Assembly: GCF_004010195.1 (NCBI RefSeq)
Contig: NC_057753.1
Location: 4,686,887-4,748,886 of the forward strand
DNA: 62,000 nucleotides
DNA from: Chiloscyllium plagiosum
Taxonomy: Eukaryota
Direction: 5' to 3'
This document shows positions 12,204-23,667 of this stretch, one piece after another (within the stretch, counting starts at the first letter, position 1; every line of letters begins with the position of its first letter). Below the pieces are notes generated by a model that saw nothing but the letters and a program-made list of their open reading frames with translations, did no database searches and was not told where the DNA came from. The position numbers and the translations under genes were made by a program.

Positions 12204-12954
12204 GCTAATATCATGCTCCTTGAGATAATTTATATAGGTACCAATTTTGACCATAACATCTGAATATATGCATAAATCCAGATGGGAAATGGATCATGCA
12301 GAAGGATGTTAAATAATGAGCTGAAAGAGAAGGAGAAAATAATAATGGGATTGGTGAATGCAAAAGCAGGGGAAACTAAAATGGGAAACAAGAAACACTG
12401 CTTATTAAAATTATTGGATTAAGTCTGGAAGACAATCAGTTTCAAGATATTTGACTGAGATAAATAGATGTGATGTAACAAATCACAAGCCCCAAAGGAA
12501 ATATCATTCCGATTATATTCCAAACTAATTTATGAAGGCACAGATCACACTGAGACACCGGAATGAAACATTGAACACACTCCATGGTCTGTCAGTAAAA
12601 TCAATGTATTTCATTTTTTTTAATTAAAAACTGACAGAACGTGGATGCTGGAAACCAAAAGACAAAAACAGAAATTGCGAGAAAATTGCAACAGTGTCTG
12701 TGGAGAGAAATCAGAGTTAATATTTTCGGTCCAGTGACCTTTCTTCTGAACTGATGGTAGCTAGGAAAAAGTTGTTCTTTCTGATTTGGAGATAGGGTGG
12801 GAGAAAGGGGTAAGGAGTAAATGATAGGTGGAGATAGATCTCAAAGAGAGAGAAGAACAGTTGGACAGATAAAGAAGTGGATAATGGTCGGCCGAAGAGA
12901 ATGAATGGCTGCTGGGAACTATTGGCGGCTAATAATGGGTGGTGTGAAATAGCA

Positions 12955-13228
12955 CAGTCAAGATTAGAGTGGTGCTGGAAAAGCACAGCTGGTCAGGCAG
13001 CATCCGAGGAGCAGGAAAATCGACATTTCAGGCAAAATCCCTTCATGGAACAGCACAGCAGGTCAGGCAGCATCTAGGGAGCAGGAAAATTGGAATTCCT
13101 GATGAAGGGCTCTAGCCTGAAATGTCGATTTTCCTGCTCCTCGGATGCTGCCTAACCTACTGTGCTTTTCCAACACCACTCTGATCTTGACTCTGATCTC
13201 CAGCATCTGCAGTCCTCACTTTCTCCCA
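12955..13228. mobile_element. Inverted PLE-terminus mini-element with ~13-bp TSD and hammerhead
   Basis: TSD gtgtgaaatagca (12942-12954) / gtgtgatttagca (13229-13241); CTGATGA at 13099 followed by GAAA. Confidence 0.75.
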
Positions 13229-13358
13229 GTGTGATTTAGCAGACCATGTGATAACAAGGCCTGAGGGGGTAAGGACATGGGAGGAGGTGCTTCACGCCTT
13301 GAAATTAATAGATTTGATATTGAGTTCAGAAGCCTGGAGAGTTCTAAATTGGAAAATG

Positions 13359-13587
13359 ATTAGATTAGATTAGATTAGATTACTTACAGTGTGGAAACAG
13401 GCCCTTCAGCCCAACAAGTCCACACCGACCCGCCGAACCGCAACCCACCCATACCCCTACATTTACCCCTTACCTAACACTACGGGCAATTTAGCATGGC
13501 CAATTCACCTGGCCCTGCACATCTTTGGACTGTGGGAGGAAACCGGAGCACCCGGAGGAAACCCACGCAGACACGGGGAGAATGTGC
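13359..13587 (-). mobile_element. 5'-truncated young HE1-like SINE inside PLE
   Basis: (GATTA)n tail and V-domain nearly identical to the other young copies. Confidence 0.92.
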
Positions 13588-14734
13588 ATGATGTGTTGTT
13601 CTTCCAGCTTGCACTGAGGTTCACTGGAGCACTGCAGCAAGCCTGGGACAGAGATGTTGGCCAGGGAACAAGATAGTGTGTTAAGGTGGCAGGCAACTGG
13701 AGGGTCAGGGTCCTTCTTGCGCGCAGAACATAGGTGTTCTACAAAGTGGTCATCCAGTCTATGCTTTGTTTCCCCAGTGTAAAGGGGACCCATTGTGGGC
13801 AGTGAATGCAAAAACTAGTTTGAGTGAAGTGCAGGTTACACCTGGAAGGTGTGTTTGGTCCCTTGGATTGAAAGGAAAGAGGAAGTAAACGAGGAAGTGT
13901 TACATGGGACTGATGGTGGGGGTGATTTGGGAGTGAAGGAAGAGTGGACCAAGATGTCCCAGAGGGAACAGTCCTTGAGGAAGGCTGACAGGGTAAGGGA
14001 AGGGAATAAGTGCCTGGTGGCATCATCCAGCTGGAGCTAGTGAAAATGGCGGATGATGATCCTCTGGATGTGGATGCTGATGCGATGGTAGGTGAGGACA
14101 GGGAAGACCTTACTGGTATTGTGGGAGGAAAGAGAGAGGAGTGATGGCCAAAGCACGGAAGATGTATTGGACCCGGATGAGGGCCCTGCCAACTACGATG
14201 CTGCGGAATCCTCGGTCGAGGAAGATGGTTGACATTTCAGAGGCCCCCTGGTCAAAATTAACATCACCAGAACAGATGTGATGGAAGATGGAGGAACTGG
14301 CAGAATGGAATAGAGTTGTTGCAGGAAGCAGGGCATGAGGATGTATAGTCAAAGTAACAAGTCAGTTGGTTTCGAGTAGCTATTAATGGCCAGTCTGTCC
14401 CCAAAAACGAACACAGAGGAAATGGAAGGGGAGGGATCAGAGATGAACCAGATGAAGGTGAGAGAGCGGTGGAAATCTGCAGCGAAATTGATAAACATTT
14501 CCGATTCTGAATGAGAGAGGGAAGTAGCACCAATGATATCATTGACATACTGGAAAAAGAGTTGTGGGTGGGGGCGTTCGTTTCATTTTATGTCAATTGA
14601 GCAACTCTGTCATACCAAGTTGGAGGCACAAGGGCAAACTGTTTTAATGTGGGGAATGTTAAGGGTAATGTTAACTGTCGCAAGAACTTTTTTTTACTAT
14701 ATTAAAGGTGTTATGTGAATGCATGCTATAGTTA

Positions 14735-15155
14735 TCGTTGTTGTCTCTGGGCAATGCCCCATTGGCCAAGCTGACCCAAAGCCCAGCATTCCCCGCGGTG
14801 AATCGACAAGCCGGAGAGCAGAGCGCATGCGCAGTCCTGGACGGTGTACGGACCATGCGCGGGATTACAAATGGCGGTCGATGAATGGTTCCTTTTCCTT
14901 TCCGTCCGAAAATGCTGAGAATGAGGCGGGGTGGAGGGAGCGGTAAGCCGGGCGGTTGGATGTAGAAGTTTCGCGAACGTTTTGTGTGAACTGCAATCCC
15001 CTGGTAAGAACCTCCCACTACTCCGTTGTGCACCAAACGGGGCAGAGGCTCCAGGCTTCCTCCCAGCAACAGGCCCCAGGACGTGGCCGCCATCGTTATT
15101 GGGGGCACTCGACAGGAGGACGCATGCGCAGCCGCCATATTTGTAGGGGGTATGT
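14735..15155 (+). promoter_or_regulatory. CpG-island promoter, exon 1 and start of intron 1 of ZNF-A
   Basis: CpG-rich; reverse CCAAT about 14761; NRF1-like GCGCATGCGC 14823-14832 and 15121; YY1-like AAATGGCGG about 14869; donors CG|GTAAGC (14943) and TG|GTAAGA (15004); acceptor tttacAG at 15408. Confidence 0.75.
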
Positions 15156-15517
15156 CCAACACAATCTGTCTGTTTCTCTTTCTTCTCTCGTTGAGGTTGG
15201 TGCCTTTTGTGGGTTCAGACCGTGTAGCATGTTCTCTTCCCTGAAGGATATCAGTTGGATTTTTATTACAACCCAGCATCTTTCATGGTAATTTGTTTCC
15301 CCAGTGCCAGCTTTACAAATTACAACATTTTTTCAGCTCAGCTATGCAACCTGCCATAATGTTTTTACACTCTGATTCCCTCTGTTCTATTTTAACTTAA
15401 ATTTACAGGGTATGAGAAGAGGTGGATTTACAGTCCGGAAACTAAAACCAAACAGAACATCAGTATCCAGCAGAGTCGCCCACTTTAACATCACCAGAAT
15501 AACGTCGGATTTTGAAA

Positions 15518-16387
15518 ATGGAAGGAGAAAGCACTGCTCACAGTGAGGAGAAACCACATAAGTGTTCTGTGTGTGGACGAGGCTTCCCACAATTACTTGG
15601 TCTATCAGAACATAAATGTAGGAACAACAAAGAGAAACCATGGAAGTGTGGGGACTGTGGGAAAGGATTCAGTTCCCCATCAAATCTTGAAACACATCGA
15701 CGCGTTCACACTGGGGAGAGGCCGTTCACCTGCTCCGACTGTGGGGAAGGATTCACTCAGTTATCCCACCTGCTGACACACCGGCGAGTGCACACTGGGG
15801 AGAGGCCATTCACTTGCTCTGAGTGTGGGAAGGGATTCACTCAGTCATCCCATTTGCTGACACACCAGCGAGTGCACACTGGAGAGAGGCCATTCACTTG
15901 CTTAGTATGTGGGAAGGGATTCACTCAGTTATCCCTCCTGCAAAGACACCAGCGAGTTCACACTGGAGAGAGGCCGTTCAGCTGCTCTGACTGTGGGAAA
16001 GGATTCATTCAGCTATCCCACCTGCTGAGACACCAGCGAGGCCACTCTGGAGAGAGACCGTTCACCTGCTCTGAATGTGGGAAGGGATTCACTGCCTCAT
16101 CCACCCTGATGGTGCACCAGCGTGTTCACACTGAGGAGACGCCATTCAAGTGCTCTCACTGCGGAATTGGGTTCAAGCACTCCTCTAACCTCACCGTACA
16201 CCAGAGAGTTCATACTGGGGAGCGGCCATACACCTGCTCCATGTGTGGGAAGGGATTTACTCGGTCATCCTACCTACTGACACACCAGCGTCTTCACACT
16301 GGAGAGAGACCATTCACTTGCTCCATGTGTGGGAAGGGATTCCCTTGTTCATCCCACCTGCTGAGGCACCAGCGGGTTCATAAGTAA
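15518..16387 (+). CDS. C2H2 zinc-finger protein ZNF-A (9 canonical fingers plus 1 degenerate; no KRAB/SCAN/BTB seen)
   Basis: Uninterrupted ORF from ATG 15518 (the track's 15512 start is TTG); CxxC-x12-HxxxH repeats with TGERP linkers; TAA at 16385. Confidence 0.93.
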   Translation: MEGESTAHSEEKPHKCSVCGRGFPQLLGLSEHKCRNNKEKPWKCGDCGKGFSSPSNLETHRRVHTGERPFTCSDCGEGFTQLSHLLTHRRVHTGERPFTCSECGKGFTQSSHLLTHQRVHTGERPFTCLVCGKGFTQLSLLQRHQRVHTGERPFSCSDCGKGFIQLSHLLRHQRGHSGERPFTCSECGKGFTASSTLMVHQRVHTEETPFKCSHCGIGFKHSSNLTVHQRVHTGERPYTCSMCGKGFTRSSYLLTHQRLHTGERPFTCSMCGKGFPCSSHLLRHQRVHK

Positions 16388-16724
16388 CTACATTGGTTGG
16401 ATAGTGTACTTAATTCAGACACTATTATTTTATATTATTATTGATATGTAGGAGCCATTGGATAGATTATCTTAAATTTAATAGGGCACTGGGACTGAAT
16501 GAGCTATATCAAGGACAGTGAGGGAAATGAAAATTGAAATGGTGCAGGCTGTGGTCATAACTTTCCACATTCAATGGTGATGCCAGTTATTACACCCTTG
16601 TTGTAAAAATAATTGTGCAAAGATAAACCTTGCAGCTACAGGCCGGTCAGGTTCATTTTGTTGGTTGAGAAACTTTTAGAAGTAATAAGCTAGAATGTTA
16701 CTTAATAGCAATATTGTCAATTAC

Positions 16725-17110
16725 TAGGAGTCTGAGGGGGGTTTGTTATAGAAGTGTATAAGGTCATGACAGGCATGGATAGGGTGAAAGCGCTCAGTCA
16801 TTTTCCCAGGGTTGGGGAATTGAGGACGAGGGGGCATCCGTTTAAGGTTAGAGGGGAGAGAATGAAAGGGAACCTGAGGGGCAACATTTTTACACAGTGG
16901 GTGGTACACACATGGAATGAGCTGCCAGCGGAAGTGGTTGAGGCAGGTACATTAACAACATTTAAAAGGCATTTGTACAAATACATGGATAGGAAAGGTT
17001 TAGAAGGACATGGGCCAAGTGCAGGGAAATTGGGTTAGAGTGCATGGACATTTTGGTCGGCATGGACCAGTTTGGGCCAATAGGTCTGTCTCATGCTGTA
17101 GGCCTCTATG
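16725..17110 (+). mobile_element. CR1 LINE 3' end
   Basis: ORF 16754..17038 YKVMTGMDRV...WNELP, plus 3' tail. Confidence 0.9.
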
Positions 17111-18559
17111 AGGAGAGTTATTAATTATTTAAGACAAAAGCATGCTCACCTAAATGGGCTGGAGTGTCTTGAAGAGCTAAGTGTGTTGAAGAGGGTGTTA
17201 ACATGGTGTATCGACTTAAAGGGCATTTGAAATGTTGCCGCACAACAAACTTGTGTGCAAATTCAGAGTTTGTGGAATGAAAGAGACAGAAGTAACTGAG
17301 TGACAGAAAATAATTAGTGTTTCTTGGATGTTTTAGAGAATGTTTGTCATAGAGTTCTGTAGGAGTCAATGTGTGCCGTTCCTTTTCTGCATATATGTTG
17401 TCACAATTGTGTTAGAAAACAACCTGAATGCATAAATATATATTTTGTGATTGCTGGACTGTTCGATGAGTTTTAAAAATAACATTGTCTGCTATAATCA
17501 CACAAGACCTCGCAACAACCTTCTAGAAACTTCTTCAGGACTCAAGCCAAGAACCTCCTGATGGGATTAGAATGTTGAACTGTTACAAATTATCAGCTTG
17601 TCTCCAAGGGAAATCTCAACTGAGAAGAATGTCCAAACTCCTCTGTGGTAAGAAGAATTTAATGGGTCCACTAAACCTCTGTGATGTGCCACAGCCTGTT
17701 TTCTTTTATTTGCAATGAAGATCTTCATCTCAAAGTGTTCCCCTCCCACCACCCATTCTTCCGAAAAGTGGAGGAATGGTCAGATGACTGCAACAGTGCT
17801 GCACTTAACTACCTCCTACGATTTTAAAATTGCTGTCGGTAAACATTATTTTAAACACTTGCGATTGATAAAGATCTCTAACTCCAAATGATAACGATGA
17901 AGCCTTTTGCCTGGAAACAGCAACCCAGAGATTTGTATTTGAGCTCCCTGCAAGTCAGTGTCACGTGACAAACTTCCCTTCACCAAAACTGTGAATTAGA
18001 ATTTACATTTCAGCAATATTCCTCAGATGGTATTCAAAAGGAATTTTAATGGGAAGAAACTGTCTATAGTTGTTGAACTGTCAGCTAGTTAATTAACTTC
18101 TCCCACAAAGGAATTCCAGACTGCTAACTCCAGCTTTATACTTTGGGACCCTACCATAAAAGCACAAACATTGATAAATTACTGTTCTTTGTGTTTTCAC
18201 ACTTAACTTGTTGCTAATTGACAAATGCTTTTAATTTTGATTTGTAATTCTCATTGCATGTTTATGAATGTGCCTTTATTGTAAATAAGTCCCACTAAAC
18301 ATAAGTGTGTCAAATAAACCATATTTCTAGTTTAACTTTACAATAGTGTTGTTACAACAGAGGAAGAAGGAATATCCATCACCTCTGCTTAAAAACATGG
18401 TGAGGTCAAAGTCACACTCTGCTTAGTGACAAGTCGTGAAAGCACGGAGTGAGATTAGTTTCAAAACTCACAATTCATCTGAAATACTGGTTTGCATCTT
18501 CCAAATTTGCAAATTCTACCATCGAGAAGGACTAGGGCAACAGACATATGGGAACCCCA

Positions 18560-18880
18560 TAGAATAGTATCCCTATAAGCATAGGAGGCCACCATTAAGT
18601 CCACGCCAACTCTCTGAAGAGCATTTTACCCCCCTCCCCACACTATCCCTGTAACTCATGGCTAATCCAACTAGCCAGCACATTCCTGAACACAATGGGC
18701 AATTTATTGTGACCAATCCACCTAACCTGCACACCTTTGGATGGTGGGAGGAAACCAGAGCATCCAGAGGAAACCTCGCACAGACACTGGGTGAATGTGC
18801 AAACTCCACCCAGATAGTCACCCAAGGCTGGAACCAGACCAGGGTCCCTGGTGCTGTGCTAGCCACTGTGCCACACCGTC
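18560..18880 (-). mobile_element. Older HE1-like SINE
   Basis: Diverged V-domain and tRNA-like head. Confidence 0.85.
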
Positions 18881-19071
18881 ACTAAATTCCCCAAATGAGC
18901 CACTCGCTATCTTGAGCTGAAACAATGTCAGTATCCCTTTGCGATCACAAGGTCAAAAACCTGGAACGCCTTCCTAACAACAGAGTGACTGTGCCCAAAA
19001 TCAAAAGAAGGCAGCTTAACACAGCGCAGTTAAGAATGTGCAAAAAAAAATGTTGGCAATTTCAACAATGC

Positions 19072-19570
19072 ATAGAGTCATAGAAATGTACAGCACAGAA
19101 ACAGACCCTTTGGTCCACGCCAACCAGATATCCTAGCCTAATCTCGTCCCATTTGCCAGCACTTGGCCCATATCCCCCTCAACTCTTCCTATTCATATAC
19201 CCATCCAGATGCCTTTGAAATGCTGTAATTGTACTAGCCTCCATGACTTCCTCTGGCAATTCATTTCATACATGCACCACCGTCTGGGTGAAAACGTTGC
19301 CCCTTGGGTCCCTTTTATATCGTTTCCCTCTCACCCTAAACCTATGCCCTCTAGTTCTGGGCTCCCCCAGCCCAGAGAAAAGACCTTGTCTATTTAGCCC
19401 ATCCACCCCCCCCCCCCTATAAACCTCTCTAAAGGTCACCCTTGAGCCTGCAACGCTGCACGGAAAAAAGCCCCAGCCTGATCAGCCTCTCCCTGCAGCT
19501 CGAACTCTCCAACCCAGGCAATATCCTTGTAAATCTTTTCTGAGTCCTTTAAAGTTTCACAACATCCTTC
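19072..19570 (-). mobile_element. CR1 LINE 3' end
   Basis: catagagtcataga tail and reverse ORF2 C-terminal DNA. Confidence 0.88.
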
Positions 19571-19668
19571 AAATCTGCATTCCCTCCAATACATCATGTA
19601 CTTTCTGAAAATACTTCTTCCCAGAACCAGTCACCAAAATAACTCCATTGAGGCCAGTATCCCATTGT

Positions 19669-19859
19669 CCTTTATTTACACACGTGTCGTACCCGATACT
19701 GATCTGGCTTCCACAGAGCCAGTTGCTAGAGTGGACAGAACCCCTGATACTCCTGTTCTTGTTTAGTCACCCTTTATTTATATGTGGATAGACTTTGTCA
19801 TCTGATCCAGCTCCCTCAGGGCCAGCTCCCAGAGTGACCAAAACCTTGGACACTCCTTT
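19669..19859. repeat. Diverged tandem dimer, unit about 102 bp
   Basis: cctttattta...ctgatc...gccag...agagtg...actcct occurs at 19669 and again at 19771. Confidence 0.6.
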
Positions 19860-20635
19860 TTTCTGTTTTTATCCCCCCACACTACCACCTAACTGCAGTT
19901 GTGCTTATTTTTTCCCCAGCACCAATGTTGAGTGTGTGCAGATGTGAGACACAGTGAAAGACACAGGTGCATGAATCTTTATTCAGTTTCCACTACCAGG
20001 AAGAAGGGAAACACCCAAGTGGCCACCGACAAGCAGTGCCCTTCACATCAAAGGGCAAATGCTGCATGATCAAACAGTGAAGGGGAGTGCAGGGGTTAAA
20101 TCAAAATAGAATCGGATGGGGAAATAATACACTCCCTGCCCTGCGGTGCCCACCTCTCCCTGAACAATTCCAGGGTGTTGGTGGACATCATGTGCTCCTT
20201 CTCCAGAGACACCCAGGCTCGAACATAACCGCGGAAGAGGGGCAGGCAGTCGGCCCTAATGACCCCCTCCAAGGCCCGCTGCCTGGACCTGTTTATGCCT
20301 AGTTTGGCTAGGCCCAGGAGCAGACCCATGAGGAGGTCTTCAGACCTCCCCTCCCCCCTCCGTGCCCGAAGATCAGGAGCAGGGAACTGAAGTGCAACCA
20401 AAAGCAGTGAAGGAGGTTTTTAAGAAAATCAAAAAGCGAGTGCAAACGCCCACAGAACAAGCAGTTGGGCTGGGAATCCATGAACGACTGCAATCTGCAG
20501 TTGCAGGGGTCCACTGCGTGCGGCATTCTCCATCCCAGATCCCCAAGAGAAAGGGGGAGGACTCCTGCGTAGAGAGCCCTCCACTGGGGATCTCTAGCAC
20601 CTGGTGGCAAATGGGCATGCCAAGGCATGTCCGGG
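19860..20635 (-). mobile_element. Tx1 (L1-clade) LINE 3' end
   Basis: ORFs 20308..20628 (WRALYAGVLP...DLGWR...CLFCG) and 20096..20401 (LLLGLAKLGINRSR...FRERWAP) resemble the Tx1 ORF2 C-terminal zinc-knuckle region. Confidence 0.8.
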
Positions 20636-21048
20636 CAGCCTCAGACACTCCAGGGAAAACAGCCCCAGCCTATTCGACCTCTCCCGAGAGCTCAAATCCT
20701 TCAACCCTGGCAACATTTGTGTAAATCTTTTCTGAACCCTTGCAAATTTCACAACATCCTTCCGATATGAAGGGGACCAGAATGGCACATAATATTAGGA
20801 CCAGGCTATAGTTGTGAGTTTGTTTCATCATGTAGTCAAAGAGCTGGAGGGCTGAGGAGGTCAGTGAAAGGGACTCACTGAGTGCACGTCTGAAGGAGGC
20901 AGAGAACTTCCTCAGACTCTCTTTGAAGAGACTTGGCAGCGGAACAAACTTGGTTAGAGACCAAAACAAAAATTGCAGATGCTGGAATCTAAAGTAGACA
21001 GGCAGGAGGCTGGAAGCACACAGCAAGCCAGGGGGTAGCAGAAGGTGC

Positions 21049-21536
21049 AAGAATCGACGTTTCAGGCAAAAGCCATTCATCAGGAATACTCTGAAGGGTC
21101 TCTTTCTGTGCTGTACACCTCTATGACTATGACTCCTCGGATGCTGCCTGACCTGCTGTACTTTTCCAGCATCACACTCTCGGCTCTGATCTTCAGCATC
21201 TGGAGTCCTCACTTTCGCCTGGTTACAAAGATGAAACCCTTCCAAAACCAAACCAAGATTGAAAGTACCCCAGAATAAGACAATTCTGTTTTTGTGAATA
21301 CCTCTTTTACAGCCATACCCAAATGTGGGATGTGGGAAAAATAGTGTTACTTCTGCAATTCCATTTACTTATACAAAGTAAATGAGCTCACACCAGTGTG
21401 TAATTGTTTTAGCCAAGAGCTGAGTCAACAAGAATGCAAACTATGTGGAGGAAATACAGAATTGTTGTTGTATTAGCTAAAATTGTATGCCAGAATGAAA
21501 CGACTGCAAAACAATGATAGATATTACAGGCGAATA
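21049..21536 (+). repeat. Left arm of ~490-bp inverted repeat
   Basis: Reverse complement of 23067-23557 with only scattered differences; includes a PLE/CR1-tail junction and unique AT-rich DNA. Confidence 0.95.
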
Positions 21537-22280
21537 GATGGCGAATCGGAATAGGCAGGCGGGACGAGCACTGCGCCGGCTCCACCGCGTCCGCGTGACT
21601 GACGGCAGCTCCGGACCAATAGAGCAAGGGGGCGGTTTGGTCTTCCCACCAATCGGAGTAGGCAGGCGGGACTCCACGGGGCCTATCACGTGGAAGCACT
21701 GGGGCACGTCACATGACCACACAACGGCCGGCTCTCCTGCACAGGCGCAGTGGCACTGCGATTGAAGTCTTGAAGGAGAGAAGTTGGAAGAGATGGCGAA
21801 TGTGGAGCTACAGCGGACAGAGGGAACAAGACGGAGCTAGTGCGCGCTGGGAGGTTTAATAAACAGGCCTGCAGATCCGAATTAGAAACTACCGGCCCCG
21901 CGTTTGCAGCAAACGGAAAAACGGCTGCGGCCCGCGGTACCGTCGCCATCTTTCTCGGGGGCATTGTTGCTCGAGAGGAGTGCGTGGTCGCCATCTTTCT
22001 CGGGGGCATTGTTGCTCGAGAGGAGTGCGCGGTCGCCATCTTTCTCGGGGGCATTGTTGTTCGAGAGGAGTGCGTGGTCGCCATGTTTGTGGGGGGCATT
22101 CTGCAGCAGGGCGCGTGCGCAGCCGTCCTTTTGCAGGCGTGTTGGAAACTGAACGCCCTGCTGAATTTCTATGCTGGACTGAGAAAGGAATTTTTGTTTA
22201 CGGGATGTTGATTGGGCAAGATCTGTAAACGGGAAACGCAACGGAAGCATCGCATCTAGAGTCACTGGATTCACCAGGTA
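21537..22280 (+). promoter_or_regulatory. CpG-island promoter 2
   Basis: CCAAT boxes about 21616 and 21649; GC box about 21628; E-box CACGTG about 21687; YY1-like AGATGGCG about 21790; candidate donor CAG|GTACGA at 22278. Confidence 0.75.
21942..22135 (+). repeat. 45-bp tandem repeat (3 near-identical units plus 2 diverged)
   Basis: gtcgccatctttctcgggggcattgttgctcgagaggagtgcgtg units start at 21942, 21987, 22032 and 22077, with a degenerate unit at 22122. Confidence 0.95.
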
Positions 22281-22292
22281 CGAAATATCATT

Positions 22293-22517
22293 CAAATTAC
22301 TTTATCTGAACTATCATCAACTTTTCTCGACCAGCATCCTGCAACCACAGCATCAATGCAGCCCCCCTCCACACTTCACTTCAGCTCTGATGAAGAGCCA
22401 TGTCGACTCGAAACGTTTTCCTACTCTCTCTCCATGGATGCTGTCTGGACACGCTGTGACCTCCAGCATTTGTTGTCTTCAGGACAGATTCCAGCATCAG
22501 CAGTAATTTGTTCCTAT
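22293..22517 (+). mobile_element. PLE-terminus insert with 11-bp TSD and hammerhead motif
   Basis: TSD gaaatatcatt at 22282-22292 and 22518-22528; CTGATGA 22387-22393 and GAAA 22410-22413. Confidence 0.75.
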
Positions 22518-23066
22518 GAAATATCATTGCCCTATAGAAGCAAGAAGAGATTTGTCCATTCTCTCTGACGGTTGTGTGAGAAATAAAGCTCACACACTTC
22601 AATAATTGCAGTCCGAGGCAAAATCTGAATCAGTGGTGTCCTTTATTTTACCCTTGCAAAAGGGTGTGATGTCCAGAGACATACACATCCCAAATTCAAT
22701 TAATACACAACATTTATATAATTTGGTTTCTTTTGTTTTACATTGCTCCTCCCCTGTTTACATCTTCCACTTCCCTAAGACCGGCACCCATTACTCCTGT
22801 TTATCTCTTGCCTTATCCGGCCTTGTCTGTGACAAAATGCTGATTTCTGGCCTCACAAGGCCGTTTGACCTCATCCCGCTGTAGGTCATTGTTAGGCATA
22901 TTCTTCACCATTATCTACCCCCTCCATCTGTACCTTTCCCTGATCCTTATGACCCTTTTAATTGGGGTTTGTTCCTGTGTTTCTGTAAAAGTGGGAAACA
23001 GATGTTTATACCTACTGTTTGCACAGGCGTATCTAGCTTAACTTCCTCCCCTCACAGCATCTTATT

Positions 23067-23557
23067 TATTCGCCTGTAATATCTACCATTGTTTTGCTGT
23101 CACGTTTCATTCTTGCATACAATTTTAGCTAATACAACAACAATTCTGTATTTCCTGCACATAGTTTGCATTCTTGTTGACTCAGCTCTTGGCTAAAACA
23201 ATTACACACTGGTGTGAGCTCATTTACTTTGTATAAGTAAATGGAATTGCAGAAGTAACACTATTTTTCCCACATCCCACATTTGGGTATGACTGTAAAA
23301 GAGATATTCACAAAAACAGAATTGTCTTATTCTGGGATACTTTCAATACTGGTTTGGTTTTGGAAGGGTTTCATCTTTGTAACCAGGCGAAAGTGAGGAC
23401 TCTGGATGCTGAAGATCAGAGTCGAGAGTGTGATGCTGGAAAAGTACAGCAGGTCAGGCAGCATCCGAGGAGTCATAGTCATAAAGGTGTACAGCACAGA
23501 AACAGACCCTTCGGAGTATTCCTGATGAATGGCTTTTGCCTGAAAACGTCGATTCTT
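23067..23557 (-). repeat. Right arm of ~490-bp inverted repeat
   Basis: Reverse complement of 21049-21536; ORFs 21045..21278 (+) and 23327..23605 (-) translate almost identically. Confidence 0.95.
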
Positions 23558-23667
23558 CTGCTCCTCAGATGCTACCTGAACTGCTGTGCTTTTCCAGCAC
23601 CACACTCTCCACTTTCATTTTTGTAACACCCAGCTGTTGCTTGGCAGTTACCTTACATTCATGACAA

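Larger units (their letters stand above)
12630..14575 (-). mobile_element. Penelope-like retroelement (RT C-terminus, GIY-YIG, terminal repeat), interrupted
   Basis: ORF 13491..13811 LYTGETKHRLDDHFVEH...LEEQH is GIY-YIG endonuclease-like; RT-thumb remnants at 14110-14550; terminal repeat near 12640-12760. Confidence 0.85.

Noticed and set aside
15086..15155. Cluster motif as a CTCF site
   Set aside because: CCGCCA and GGGGGC are separated by 7 extra bases relative to the CTCF core, so spacing is incompatible.
17130..18360. Possible LTR-like AT-rich segments (also 33050-34300 and 36150-36860)
   Set aside because: Could not define termini, TSDs or a second copy by eye; left unannotated.
21362..21400. 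Short palindromes in the inverted-repeat arms as recombinase sites
   Set aside because: 9-bp and 5-bp stems in AT-rich DNA are expected by chance, and no recombinase is encoded in the window.
21942..22135. CRISPR-like regular array
   Set aside because: Units are repeated in full with no unique spacers; eukaryotic context.
21686..22295. Repetitive 120-137 aa ORFs on both strands
   Set aside because: They arise from the stop-free 45-bp GC-rich tandem repeat; no protein family signal.
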